DNA of 64,000 bases, from the IMG/VR virus record IMGVR_UViG_3300031951_000008; one strand, written 5' to 3'. This document shows, piece after piece, positions 27,797-37,413 of this stretch (positions within the stretch are counted from its first letter, which is position 1; each line of letters starts with the position of its first letter). The stretch comes from a virus. Taxonomy: Duplodnaviria > Caudoviricetes. The notes under the pieces were generated by a model, which had not been told where the DNA came from, searched no databases, and saw only the letters and a program-made list of their open reading frames with translations. The translations under genes and the position numbers were made by a program.

Positions 27797-28611
27797 CAGT
27801 CCACAACTTCGATAGTGATTTTACTGTCCGAGACCAGGTGAATCAAAATATCCCCTTGGGTCTGAAAGAGATCCCAGCCGTTCGTCAATTAAGCCATGCG
27901 GAAGGTGGTAGAAGTGGGATAGCTGGCGTTGATATACAGACACAGCCAGCTTATGTTGAAGAGTTTACATATCCAGGGTTTTGGTCTTTAGATTATACGA
28001 TGAAACAATACTGGTCAGGTATAAGAGTACCGACTAAAAACTCATATCGGTTAATGCGTGTAAAGATAGCCGGTGGCGATCCAAGCTTATTGATTTGGGC
28101 GGATGATTTGAAAGAAGGTAGAGCTAGGTTGCCGCTGGCGGCCATTAGTAGAGAGTCACACGGCTATAACCAAGAAAAATTTAGCCCAGCATATCATTCG
28201 ATGAATGCTCGATATTTGAGTACGAGAGGAGATAGGGTCGCAAAGGTCTATCGTCCTGTGCCTTTCCTCGTCGATTATAAGATGACTATCTGGACAGAGA
28301 GAAAGAGAGATGCCGAATATATACTGCAACAGGTGTTAACAAGATTTAACCCGTTAGCTGAATTTAAGATGTATGACGGCAAACTATCTGGTTCTGTGCA
28401 GTTGAGATATAATGGCTGCTCGGATGCGAGCGATAAGGAAGCTGGGGCAGATCAGCACGCAAATGTAAGATATGAGCTGACAATGTCAGCTGAAGCTTGG
28501 CTACCTTTGCCTGAAAAGATAGTCCCTACGGTTTTAGGTAGGGTAACAAGTTTAGCGGAATCTTCAGGTGCTGTGCTGCTTACCAATTTAGGCAGCAGTG
28601 TTATCAACTAG
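27793..28611 (+). CDS. tail terminator / sheath stabiliser, T4 gp15-like
   Basis: PVPFLVDYKMTIWTERKRDAEYILQQVLTRFNP matches the gp15 PVPY...D..QI.EQI...F.P pattern. Confidence 0.75.
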   Translation: MTVHNFDSDFTVRDQVNQNIPLGLKEIPAVRQLSHAEGGRSGIAGVDIQTQPAYVEEFTYPGFWSLDYTMKQYWSGIRVPTKNSYRLMRVKIAGGDPSLLIWADDLKEGRARLPLAAISRESHGYNQEKFSPAYHSMNARYLSTRGDRVAKVYRPVPFLVDYKMTIWTERKRDAEYILQQVLTRFNPLAEFKMYDGKLSGSVQLRYNGCSDASDKEAGADQHANVRYELTMSAEAWLPLPEKIVPTVLGRVTSLAESSGAVLLTNLGSSVIN

Positions 28612-28613
28612 AT

Positions 28614-28880
28614 ATGGAGAATAGAATGGCTAAGACAAAGACACATGTGATTAATGTGTACAATGTTTCAAAGCAAGTTATTTGCTTGCAATTAAGAGCA
28701 CCAGGAGGGGACTTTTACACAAGCGAGCAGCAAGTCAGAATTATGCCTGGAAAGCATGCAACATTGCCAAAGAGTTATACTCGTGAAGATCAAATCACTA
28801 ATCTGTGCAAGCGTGGCACGATAAGGGTTATTTACGATAGCGAAGTGGCAGAAGAAAATCAATTGTCGAATTCTCAATGA
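28614..28880 (+). CDS. hypothetical protein (probable virion component)
   Basis: Small ORF between tail terminator and sheath genes. Confidence 0.6.
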   Translation: MENRMAKTKTHVINVYNVSKQVICLQLRAPGGDFYTSEQQVRIMPGKHATLPKSYTREDQITNLCKRGTIRVIYDSEVAEENQLSNSQ

Positions 28881-28931
28881 TTTCCAGGAAAAAATACGTC
28901 AAAGTCGTAAACCGACACACGGAGTAGAACG

Positions 28932-31769
28932 ATGCCAGTATTTTTAAGTCCAGGTGTTTACCCAAGAGAAATCAATCTAAGCGTGTTGCCAAACGCGACC
29001 GGACCAATTGTACCGGTCTTCATTGGTACCGCCAAGAAGGGGCCTCTGAACGTACCAGTATTAACCAATTCTGCACAGCAAGCACTAGAGACTTTCGGTG
29101 AGCCGTTTCCTGAGAGTTATCTGATGTATGCTGTGTTGGCATCGTACGAAGAAAATAACTCCGCATATGTGATGCGGGTCGGAGTAGAGTGCGAGGAAGG
29201 GCAAGCAAGCGAGCTAGCCAGCATCTGCATCGACACTTCTGGTGCAAAGGGTAAAGGGTGGGGTAGAATACCACTGTTCTCAGGTATCGACTATGGCAGA
29301 ATCGACCTCAGATCTGTAAGCGACACCAGCCCACTATCATTCCATGCTGCCTCGGTGAATAACATCACGTACACTGACGTAGTTGTATCGACAACTGATG
29401 GTCCTACGACCGCAACTCTGAACGTTTCTGGAACATATACGGGAGACGTTGATGATCAGTATGCGATGATCATTACTTCACCTCCAAGCGTATCTGATGG
29501 AGCACCGGTTGGTGGTGCTGGCTTTCAGATCTACAAAAACAGCACTGGTGAAGTTGTTGCAGAAGGCTTTTTGGTCGATGATAATGACGATGGTACTTCG
29601 AATCCAGTCTCTATCGGCGATGGCCTTTCCTTAACGGTCCAAGTAACCGTAGGGAGCCTTGATGAGAATGACACATTCACATTTGAAGTCGAACCAGACA
29701 ACAGAGATTTCCAAGTAGCTGTCGAAGGATCGGCAGGTGGCACTTACACCATGCCTACTGCTAGCTACACGGACGTTGCTTCCTTTGTGGCAGCGTTGAA
29801 CGGTCTGTTGTCTGGTGAAGATTATCAAGCCATTGAATATACTTTGGAAGATGGTTCAACAGTTCCAGCACTGCGTACTACTACGGCAGGCGATAGAATC
29901 CAGCTCCTAACCACGAATGCATTCGCTTTGGAAGTTGGCGTTCAGCAATACGCTTACGATATTCCACGATCACACCTTTTGGGAGTTGATGCTGGTCCTT
30001 ACAATATAACGTCTCAGAACAATAGAGTAAAGATCAATGTCATCGGGTCGACTTCGACAAAGACGATCGAGTTTAACGTAACTAACGGCTTAGGGCAGAC
30101 AGCGACAGCTATTGCTGGTGTAGTAGACCTGGCTGGTGTAGTTGCGGGAGACTCTTACTGGGAGTCCTTTGCTCTGACGGTTCCCGGCGGCACCGAGCAC
30201 GTTGTGATAGTTACGACTGATACACATCAGTTTGACACTCTTTATGCACAGGCCACCTACTCAAACCTAAAGACTCTGCGATTTTGCGAAGAATTAGGCA
30301 TAGGGTACCCTTACAAAAAGTCTTACCGTGGTTATGTCGATAACAGACTAATGCTGCCTGCCTCAGGCGAAACAGACCCTGCAGTGCCATTGTCATGCGA
30401 GACCGACCCATTCAGCGCCGAGTGTGCAGCAGATACTTCATACTATCAAAATATAGTAGGATGGCTAGTCGCAACATCGGCTGGTACTTGGGTAGATGGC
30501 TTGAGCGTGACAGTAGAATTATTTACTGGTGGCTTAGGCGATTCTTCTGGGCGATATAGTTTGACAATCAAGGATGCACAAGGTCAGGTCCTAGATGTTG
30601 TCGATGATGTAAATTTCGACAAGAGATCGACTCGTTACATTGCTAACGTAATCAATCCAGGGACCCCGCTTGGTGGTACCACTGGTAATAGCTACGTTAA
30701 CTGGGAAGAACGACCGGCATACCTGAACAACGATGCTAATGAGCTTAGCACGTTTGAAGTCCGATTGCCTTCTCAAGTCGCGAACAAAAACTTCGCCGGA
30801 CAAGCGAACGGGATTCCTCTCGATCCTGCCTACTCTTCAGAGCTTGACGCAGCCGTAATTGGCAATCCTTCATTAAGCTCAGGCTTGTATGCTTTCCAGA
30901 ACCCGGAGTCGTACGACATTGATTTGATCGCTACGCCAGGATTTTCTTCTGGTGCGGTGATTGGAACAGCGTTACAATTATGCGAGTCCAGAGGTGATGT
31001 CCACTACCTAGTCGATCCACCATTCGGCTTAAGGCCAGAGCAAGTGGTCGACTGGCATAATGGTATGTTACTGTCAGATTTGAGTGCATCGATCAACAGC
31101 AGCTTTGGTTCTTTATACTACAGCTGGGTCGAGTACTACGACCAATATAACTCATCGTTGATCTGGATTCCACCGTCTGGCCACGTTACCGCTGTTTATG
31201 CTAGAACGGCTAGAGAGCGAGAAAAGTGGACTTCTCCAGCAGGTTTACAACGTGGTAGATTGCTAACTGCTAGAGATGTCGAATATTCTCCTAGTCAGTC
31301 AGAGCGTGATTTGCTGTACGGCAACCAAAATGCTGTCAATCCGATAGTTAAATTCCCACAAGATGGAATTGTGATTTATGGTCAAAAGACACTAGATAGA
31401 TCCAATTCGGCAACGAGCAGAGTCCCAACCAGGCTTCTTTTGAATAATCTGAAGAAGGGTATTGGGTCTTTGATGAGGAACTTCTTGTTCGAACCCAATG
31501 ATGAGATTCTTTGGGCTCAAGTTATTGCGACGCTTACGCCTTACCTGTCCGACGTACAAGCAAGGCGAGGTATGTCAGCATACAAGCTGGTAGTCGATCA
31601 ATCGAACAACACACCGGAAAGAATCGCACGCGGAGAGCTTTGGGTAACGGTTTTCGTTATTCCTACTGGCACAGTCGAGTTCGTTGCCCTTAACTTGGTG
31701 ACGCTCAGGGCTGGGGCAAGCTTTAGTGCTGAAGAGGTTTTAGCCGCTGGTGGTATCGTCACGGTTTAA
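28932..31769 (+). CDS. tail sheath protein, T4 gp18-like
   Basis: MPVFLSPGVYPRE, FIGTAKKGP, FGEP, IPPSGHV, SPAGLQRG, VNPIV...GQKT, FEPND, RGELW...EF. Confidence 0.95.
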   Translation: MPVFLSPGVYPREINLSVLPNATGPIVPVFIGTAKKGPLNVPVLTNSAQQALETFGEPFPESYLMYAVLASYEENNSAYVMRVGVECEEGQASELASICIDTSGAKGKGWGRIPLFSGIDYGRIDLRSVSDTSPLSFHAASVNNITYTDVVVSTTDGPTTATLNVSGTYTGDVDDQYAMIITSPPSVSDGAPVGGAGFQIYKNSTGEVVAEGFLVDDNDDGTSNPVSIGDGLSLTVQVTVGSLDENDTFTFEVEPDNRDFQVAVEGSAGGTYTMPTASYTDVASFVAALNGLLSGEDYQAIEYTLEDGSTVPALRTTTAGDRIQLLTTNAFALEVGVQQYAYDIPRSHLLGVDAGPYNITSQNNRVKINVIGSTSTKTIEFNVTNGLGQTATAIAGVVDLAGVVAGDSYWESFALTVPGGTEHVVIVTTDTHQFDTLYAQATYSNLKTLRFCEELGIGYPYKKSYRGYVDNRLMLPASGETDPAVPLSCETDPFSAECAADTSYYQNIVGWLVATSAGTWVDGLSVTVELFTGGLGDSSGRYSLTIKDAQGQVLDVVDDVNFDKRSTRYIANVINPGTPLGGTTGNSYVNWEERPAYLNNDANELSTFEVRLPSQVANKNFAGQANGIPLDPAYSSELDAAVIGNPSLSSGLYAFQNPESYDIDLIATPGFSSGAVIGTALQLCESRGDVHYLVDPPFGLRPEQVVDWHNGMLLSDLSASINSSFGSLYYSWVEYYDQYNSSLIWIPPSGHVTAVYARTAREREKWTSPAGLQRGRLLTARDVEYSPSQSERDLLYGNQNAVNPIVKFPQDGIVIYGQKTLDRSNSATSRVPTRLLLNNLKKGIGSLMRNFLFEPNDEILWAQVIATLTPYLSDVQARRGMSAYKLVVDQSNNTPERIARGELWVTVFVIPTGTVEFVALNLVTLRAGASFSAEEVLAAGGIVTV

Positions 31770-31782
31770 TTAGGAGCAGAAA

Positions 31783-32358
31783 ATGCCAGGATTTAACATT
31801 AACAACACCGGTGGTTACAACACTAACGGGCCATCTAACACGATCGAAAATCGCCGTAAGCATCGGTGGGTTTTTGAATCACTTGGCCGTGGGTCAGGTA
31901 CATTTTCTCAGACAGAGTTATTGGTCTTGCAATCAGCGTCGAGACCTAGCTTTAAGTTTGAAGAACCTGAAATGCACCACAATCAAGAAGTGGTCCGATT
32001 CGCAGGTAAGCAAGACTGGGACCCTGTTACTTTGGTTTGGTATGATTCTGAGCAAAATCCGGACATATCGAGAGGCCTTTATCACTGGCTTGAAACAGTG
32101 GTGAACTTAACCAACTTGCACGTAGCACACCCAAGCCAGTATAAGAGACAAGCCTCTTTGGTAATGCTAACTGGCACCAACGGGGTGAGCGAAAGATGGC
32201 GTATGTACGGAACTTGGCCGACTTCCATCAATTGGCAAGAACTTGATTATACTTCAGCAGATTTGCAAACCTGCGAGGCATCCTTGCGATATGACCGGGC
32301 AGTAAGAGAGTGCTTCACCCCAGCAATCTCGACACTCCCACAAGCAAGTTGCGTCTAG
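31783..32358 (+). CDS. major tail tube protein, T4 gp19-like
   Basis: ASRPSFKFEE...FAGKQDWDPVTL...WRMYGTWPTSI...ELDY...LRYD; directly after sheath. Confidence 0.85.
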   Translation: MPGFNINNTGGYNTNGPSNTIENRRKHRWVFESLGRGSGTFSQTELLVLQSASRPSFKFEEPEMHHNQEVVRFAGKQDWDPVTLVWYDSEQNPDISRGLYHWLETVVNLTNLHVAHPSQYKRQASLVMLTGTNGVSERWRMYGTWPTSINWQELDYTSADLQTCEASLRYDRAVRECFTPAISTLPQASCV

Positions 32359-32388
32359 GCTCACGCCGAATCAATTTGAAGTATATAG

Positions 32389-32415
32389 AATGGGACTCTA
32401 ACGAGTCCCATTTTT
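32389..32415 (+). terminator. intrinsic terminator with C-UAAC-G tetraloop
   Basis: AATGGGACTC-TAAC-GAGTCCCATT-TTT after the first tube gene. Confidence 0.85.
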
Positions 32416-32428
32416 GTAGGAGAATTAA

Positions 32429-33013
32429 ATGCCTGGGTTCAAAATACCATTAAACGATTACACTGATAAGTGCAATGATGCAGGCAATGCGATTATAGCT
32501 GCTACGGGGCCTTCTCATACCAGAGAGACGGCACGTTCCTACAGATATGAAGTTAGCTTACGTCTGATAAAATCGTTGAATAAGTCCCAGGAGATAAGCT
32601 TATTTGCTAAAACATGCCAAAGGCCCTCACCCGAATTTGATGAGATAACTATACATCATAAGCACGAAGAGATTTATAGGCCTGGAAAGATAAGATGGAA
32701 CCCTATCGATATCGTGTTTTACGAAGCACTAGATACCGATTCTGGAACCGACTTGACCGCTCAGACTATATATGATTGGTGGTCTAAATCGATATATAAT
32801 GTAAGCACTCAAAGGCAGGTGACTGTGAGAGAAATATACGAAAACAACTGTACAATATCGATGCAAAATGGGGCAGGCACGATATGCTGGAAGTACAACC
32901 TATATAATGCTTGGCCCCGAAAGATATCAGCCAAAGACTGCGATTATACTGGCTCAGACATATCTGAAATAAGCGTGAACGTAAAATATAATAAAGCAAC
33001 AGAAGAGAAATAA
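32429..33013 (+). CDS. tail tube-like protein, paralogue 2
   Basis: MPGF start, CQRPSPEFDE, PGKIRWNPIDIVF, YNLYNAWPRKI, DY...VKY. Confidence 0.75.
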   Translation: MPGFKIPLNDYTDKCNDAGNAIIAATGPSHTRETARSYRYEVSLRLIKSLNKSQEISLFAKTCQRPSPEFDEITIHHKHEEIYRPGKIRWNPIDIVFYEALDTDSGTDLTAQTIYDWWSKSIYNVSTQRQVTVREIYENNCTISMQNGAGTICWKYNLYNAWPRKISAKDCDYTGSDISEISVNVKYNKATEEK

Positions 33014-33015
33014 AT

Positions 33016-33567
33016 ATGGGTGGATTTGCAATAGCCAATGGTGTAACCGGGTTTACAGTAAGCCCTAATAATACTAGGCAGAACGTAGATCCAAATGTCG
33101 AGTTATATCATACTTATACTTGGGAGCTTTTCCAGATATTAGATGAGCCAACTGCACGCAGACAGCAGCTGATAGTTCTAAAGGACGCTACAACACCGAC
33201 TTTCACAGTCAATAAAGAGACATATGTAGCTGCAAGCGTAGAGTATAAGTTCGCGAAGAGTGTCACTTGGGACGATATCAAATTGTCATGGTATGATACT
33301 GTAGGTATGTTCGATTATTTGATGAAGTGGAGATCTAGTGTTTGGGACCCTAAGGTAGGTCTGTCGTCTGCAGAATACTACAAGAAGAAGACTGTACTTA
33401 GGTGCTTTACTCCAGACGAAGACAATTATTATGGTTGGAGCCTAGTTAACAGCTGGCCATCGACTATCAGATATGGAGACCTTACTTACGCCAGCAGTGA
33501 TGCAAAATTGGTAGAAGTGACATTATCATATGATTGGGCCGAAGAATTTAAGGGAACTGGTACATAA
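33016..33567 (+). CDS. tail tube-like protein, paralogue 3
   Basis: MGGF start, ATTPTF, FAKSVTWDDIKL, WSLVNSWPSTI, DLTY, LSYD. Confidence 0.75.
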   Translation: MGGFAIANGVTGFTVSPNNTRQNVDPNVELYHTYTWELFQILDEPTARRQQLIVLKDATTPTFTVNKETYVAASVEYKFAKSVTWDDIKLSWYDTVGMFDYLMKWRSSVWDPKVGLSSAEYYKKKTVLRCFTPDEDNYYGWSLVNSWPSTIRYGDLTYASSDAKLVEVTLSYDWAEEFKGTGT

Positions 33568-33613
33568 TAAGCTGAGTATATAAGTAGTCAAACGCTTCTA
33601 ATAGGATCTAAAT

Positions 33614-34612
33614 ATGACGAAAAACGATGATGAAAATCTGTTAGGCACAAGTACACCTGAGCATGTTGATGTGCAGATGCAGCAAAAAAAGCATAGCATC
33701 ATCGATAAGACAGAAGGATTGTCGAACAGAGATTTGCTCGAAACATATATGAACGCCCCGGAAGATAAACTCCTTCCGTGGGAAGATGTTAGACTTCCGA
33801 GTGATGGCATTTATTACGGTTGGATAGATGGGACTGTTAAAGTTAGGCCGATGGGCACGGCTGCAGAAAAGGTATTGACCAACCAAAGACTCGCACAAGA
33901 TGGTCAGAATATTGACTACTTGTTTAGAGAATGCGTAATGCTCCAAAACGGCATGGACCCAGCGGACCTGCTGATCGGCGATAGGGCATTCTTGTTATAC
34001 TATATTCGCGGTTTGACGCATGGTAATATATATGAGTTCATGTTTACTTGCCCTAACGAAAGCTGTGGAAAATCAACCACATACAATTATGACCTGAACG
34101 CATTAGCTGACACTATCAAGTGGGCAAATCATAGCTTGGGTGCTGAGCCTTTCAAAATCGATTTGCCCTATGCTTCGCAGATACTTAGCCATAACGTATC
34201 GGTAGAGATAAGATTTTTAAGGGCTGTAGACACCAACAACATGATCGCCATGCGTAAAGCAAGGAAGAACATGTTTTCGCAGGGGTTGGTAAGGAACAGA
34301 ACACAGAATAAAGCTCAAGGTAACTTCAGCCGCACGCAAGATGCTGAAGACATGATCACCGATAATTTGGCTCGCATGATAGTTAGCGTGCTGGGTGAGA
34401 CCGATGAGTTTACAATCAAAAGATTCGTAGAAAAGATGCACGCTAGTGACACAGCGACTATCAGAGAATGGCTACGCGAGAACACACCCGGCATTGATAA
34501 TACTGTTATTATTACTTGCCCGTCATGCAATAATGATTTCACAGTAGAGCTTCCGATGACCGAAGGCTTTTTTCGCCCGGCAAAGTCCGGAACAATACGA
34601 AAACCAACGTAA
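33614..34612 (+). CDS. baseplate hub assembly / tail assembly chaperone, T4 gp26-like
   Basis: LPSDGIYY, VRPMGTAAEKVL, DLLIGDRAFLLYYIR, CPNESC and CPSC Zn motifs, ends GFFRP. Confidence 0.75.
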   Translation: MTKNDDENLLGTSTPEHVDVQMQQKKHSIIDKTEGLSNRDLLETYMNAPEDKLLPWEDVRLPSDGIYYGWIDGTVKVRPMGTAAEKVLTNQRLAQDGQNIDYLFRECVMLQNGMDPADLLIGDRAFLLYYIRGLTHGNIYEFMFTCPNESCGKSTTYNYDLNALADTIKWANHSLGAEPFKIDLPYASQILSHNVSVEIRFLRAVDTNNMIAMRKARKNMFSQGLVRNRTQNKAQGNFSRTQDAEDMITDNLARMIVSVLGETDEFTIKRFVEKMHASDTATIREWLRENTPGIDNTVIITCPSCNNDFTVELPMTEGFFRPAKSGTIRKPT

Positions 34613-34619
34613 AGCCTTA

Positions 34620-34805
34620 ATGGAGCAGGAGTATATATTAAAGAGAGAAGCAGGGCTTTCTCTGTTCGAAATAGCTTTTATGTCTGCAGAAGATAGATTA
34701 TGGTGGTTGCGACGGATTAAGGAGGATCGCGAGAAGGAAAAAGACGCGGCCAAGACTAGTCAAAACACGCCTAGAATGCCGTCCGTTCCTAGAATCCGAC
34801 GTTAA
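34620..34805 (+). CDS. gp51-like / tail chaperone T-domain; possibly expressed by frameshift
   Basis: LKREAGLSLFEIAFMSAEDRLWWLRRI resembles chaperone T segments; frame open from 34560. Confidence 0.55.
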   Translation: MEQEYILKREAGLSLFEIAFMSAEDRLWWLRRIKEDREKEKDAAKTSQNTPRMPSVPRIRR

Positions 34806-34807
34806 TA

Positions 34808-34814
34808 AAATATA
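34808..34814 (+). promoter_or_regulatory. AAATATA candidate late-promoter element
   Basis: Intergenic, upstream of ORF 34831. Confidence 0.5.
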
Positions 34815-34830
34815 ATATAACGGAGGATTA

Positions 34831-35688
34831 ATGATGTCGTTTCCAGAGTTGGCGAATGCTTATCCTAGAATATCGGCTAGAGTTGGGCAGCTTGTAGATC
34901 TCAATGTAGACTTCTTACATGCTGGTGTGCTAGCAGACCCTTATGCGATAAGATATGTTGAAATATACAAGACACAAGTTCTGCCACATAATAAAGTAGC
35001 AGTAATCCCAATATTAGATCCAGACGATGTAAATTATCCAGCGCCTGTATTCCAAGAATATACAATGACAGAAGAAGGAGCCTGTGGAACAGAGCCTACC
35101 GGACCTATATCAATGGTGCCAGGTAAGTACCATTTGCCTTTTACTGTTCCAAGTGATTTTGCTTCACCAGATGTATACTTTGATGTTTGGTACTATTACC
35201 CTACAAATCCTTGCGAGAGTATAACTGGTTGCGATTTGGATAGTAGCGAGAATGCTGCCAAATTGTTGAAGTGCTGCCATAGGTTCTGGGTTTATCCAGA
35301 TGAATGGTTATGCTCCGATAAGCTTCAAACTATAAGGTTCGGATTTGAGCCTTTGGATCAGAAGTTTTTTACACCTGAGTTTAGGCCGCTTGAGGTAGGC
35401 CTGATGCCATTGCCTCTGTATGATTATAATTTTAATTTAGTCAATCCGATGATACCATTTCTGCAACCTACTATCAACGTAAGGACTCAGCATAATGAAT
35501 TACTCATTAGTGATGAACCGTGTAGAATCGGAATTCGTCAGGGATCATATCGATCTAATCCCTGGGTGATACAGTATGATTTAGATACAACACGATTTTT
35601 GAAGGGAACTTACAGTTATAATATTAAGCTAACACTACCTGATGGTACTAGTCGTGTAAGTCGTCAATTTATATTCACAATACAATAA
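34831..35688 (+). CDS. hypothetical protein (probable virion component)
   Basis: 285 aa, beta-rich, GGAGG RBS and upstream AAATATA. Confidence 0.65.
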   Translation: MMSFPELANAYPRISARVGQLVDLNVDFLHAGVLADPYAIRYVEIYKTQVLPHNKVAVIPILDPDDVNYPAPVFQEYTMTEEGACGTEPTGPISMVPGKYHLPFTVPSDFASPDVYFDVWYYYPTNPCESITGCDLDSSENAAKLLKCCHRFWVYPDEWLCSDKLQTIRFGFEPLDQKFFTPEFRPLEVGLMPLPLYDYNFNLVNPMIPFLQPTINVRTQHNELLISDEPCRIGIRQGSYRSNPWVIQYDLDTTRFLKGTYSYNIKLTLPDGTSRVSRQFIFTIQ

Positions 35689-35742
35689 ACGTATTGTAGC
35701 TACTGGCCACAGATAGCAGTAACTGTTTTGGTAGAATAATAT

Positions 35743-36909
35743 ATGCCAAATTATGATCAGTTCAAAGACAAGCTTAAATCGACTTATAGGCGACTGCCTG
35801 TTAGTAAGATAGAAGCTTGGATTAAAAAAAACTTTCGAGACGAGTTTAAAACCCGTAAAAATGGCACAGAATATATTATTTGTAATCCTTTCAACGGAGA
35901 TACCGGGTTCCATTTTAATATAAACCCCGAAAAGAATAAGTGTCACGATTGGAGAGGCAATGAGTGGGCAGGCCCAATCAACCCTGCAACTAATAGTAGG
36001 AATTGCTCTTTTGTCAAATTCGTTCGTCTTTTTAAGAAGTGTTCGTACTCTGAAGCCATAAAAGACATTATGGGCGAAGAGGTCGACATCCGGGAATATC
36101 TTAAGCCAGAATCGAGAATCACAGACACAGATTCTAAGTTATACTTTAATGTTGAGCTACCAAAAGGCACAGAGCCATTAGTGCTACATAAGTCAGATAT
36201 GCAAGCTAAAATATTGATAAAATGGCTCAAGAGCAGAGGATATACGGACCAGACTATAGAAAAAAGCGACTTAAGATTTATGGGCATGGACGTATACTGG
36301 CCTTATTTTGAATTCGATACTTTGGTATACTGGCAAAGCAGATCTCGATTAAATAAAGTATTTAACTTCCCATCGTTAGACGTTTATGAAAACAATAAGT
36401 TGATTGGTCATCTTAAGGCCACCAAAGGAGACTACTTCTATGGGTTCGATGACGTAGATCAGGCCTCTTATTTAATAATCACGGAGGCTATATTCGATAA
36501 AAACACCATAGGGCAGCAGGCACTAGCTTCTGGAGGTGCCGTCTTGACTTCAACGCAGGTTAAGAAATTAAAGCTGTTAAGCCCAATTAAAGGTATTATC
36601 TTGTCTCCCGATGCCGACGAAGCTGGCCTTACTAGTATAATTAGCAATGCGGAGTTATTAGAGCGAGCTGGCTATAAACTATATTATAGTATACCGCCTG
36701 ACATGAAGTATAAAAATGAAAACGGAATCGAGGTAAGCGTCAAAGATTGGAACGAGCTTGGTCAATTTGTAGTAGGGTTTGATGATGTAAGGAAGCATCA
36801 CGACAAGCTAATTAAGCCTTTGAACACACAAGCTAAAATTGACATACAACTTAGAGTAGCAGAAATGAAGGAACGTAAGCGTAGACAAGCCATTCCTAAG
36901 TCATTCTGA
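35743..36909 (+). CDS. DNA primase, DnaG/T4 gp61-like
   Basis: N-terminal Zn-finger-like CNPF...HFNIN...CHDW, YLxxRG-like WLKSRG, TOPRIM IITEAIFD and LSPDADEAG. Confidence 0.85.
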   Translation: MPNYDQFKDKLKSTYRRLPVSKIEAWIKKNFRDEFKTRKNGTEYIICNPFNGDTGFHFNINPEKNKCHDWRGNEWAGPINPATNSRNCSFVKFVRLFKKCSYSEAIKDIMGEEVDIREYLKPESRITDTDSKLYFNVELPKGTEPLVLHKSDMQAKILIKWLKSRGYTDQTIEKSDLRFMGMDVYWPYFEFDTLVYWQSRSRLNKVFNFPSLDVYENNKLIGHLKATKGDYFYGFDDVDQASYLIITEAIFDKNTIGQQALASGGAVLTSTQVKKLKLLSPIKGIILSPDADEAGLTSIISNAELLERAGYKLYYSIPPDMKYKNENGIEVSVKDWNELGQFVVGFDDVRKHHDKLIKPLNTQAKIDIQLRVAEMKERKRRQAIPKSF

Positions 36910-37413
36910 TAAGTCACTATATGTGGATTGGCATTGGCAATGACATTTCCAGTGGTCTACTTGACCGCCAGTGACGACTGTCTCAAATTTGAGCCCTAAG
37001 CAAGCTCCGCATGTCGCTTTCTCTATAACAACCCAGTCTCCATTCTGATCAGTAGACTCCGAGGAAATCCGAGAAGGCAATACTGGCTTATTAAGAGCAA
37101 GCAAACCTCCCAATGAGTCTGTGACCTTTTCGTCTTTGATGATGATAATATCTCCGTATATGCTATGATCAGAACCGATCTCGACCATTTGACTACTGTA
37201 TGTGAGGATATGAATTTGATCACGATTGGACCTAAGCCATTCTGTCACATTCCGAAGAGGCGTTATGGTCGACTTAGGTATGTTAATATGCAGAAGAAAT
37301 CTCATTAAGTCTACGCCATTAGATGCTCTGTGAGGAAAATCCCAAGAAACAGGGACTATAACATCTAGGACATCACATCGTATGGCTGCTACCATAATTG
37401 GCTTAATGATCAT
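36901..37413 (-). CDS. hypothetical protein with C-terminal Cys cluster
   Basis: 170 aa; CGAC...CHCQC. Confidence 0.55.
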   Translation of the reverse strand: MIIKPIMVAAIRCDVLDVIVPVSWDFPHRASNGVDLMRFLLHINIPKSTITPLRNVTEWLRSNRDQIHILTYSSQMVEIGSDHSIYGDIIIIKDEKVTDSLGGLLALNKPVLPSRISSESTDQNGDWVVIEKATCGACLGLKFETVVTGGQVDHWKCHCQCQSTYSDLSE

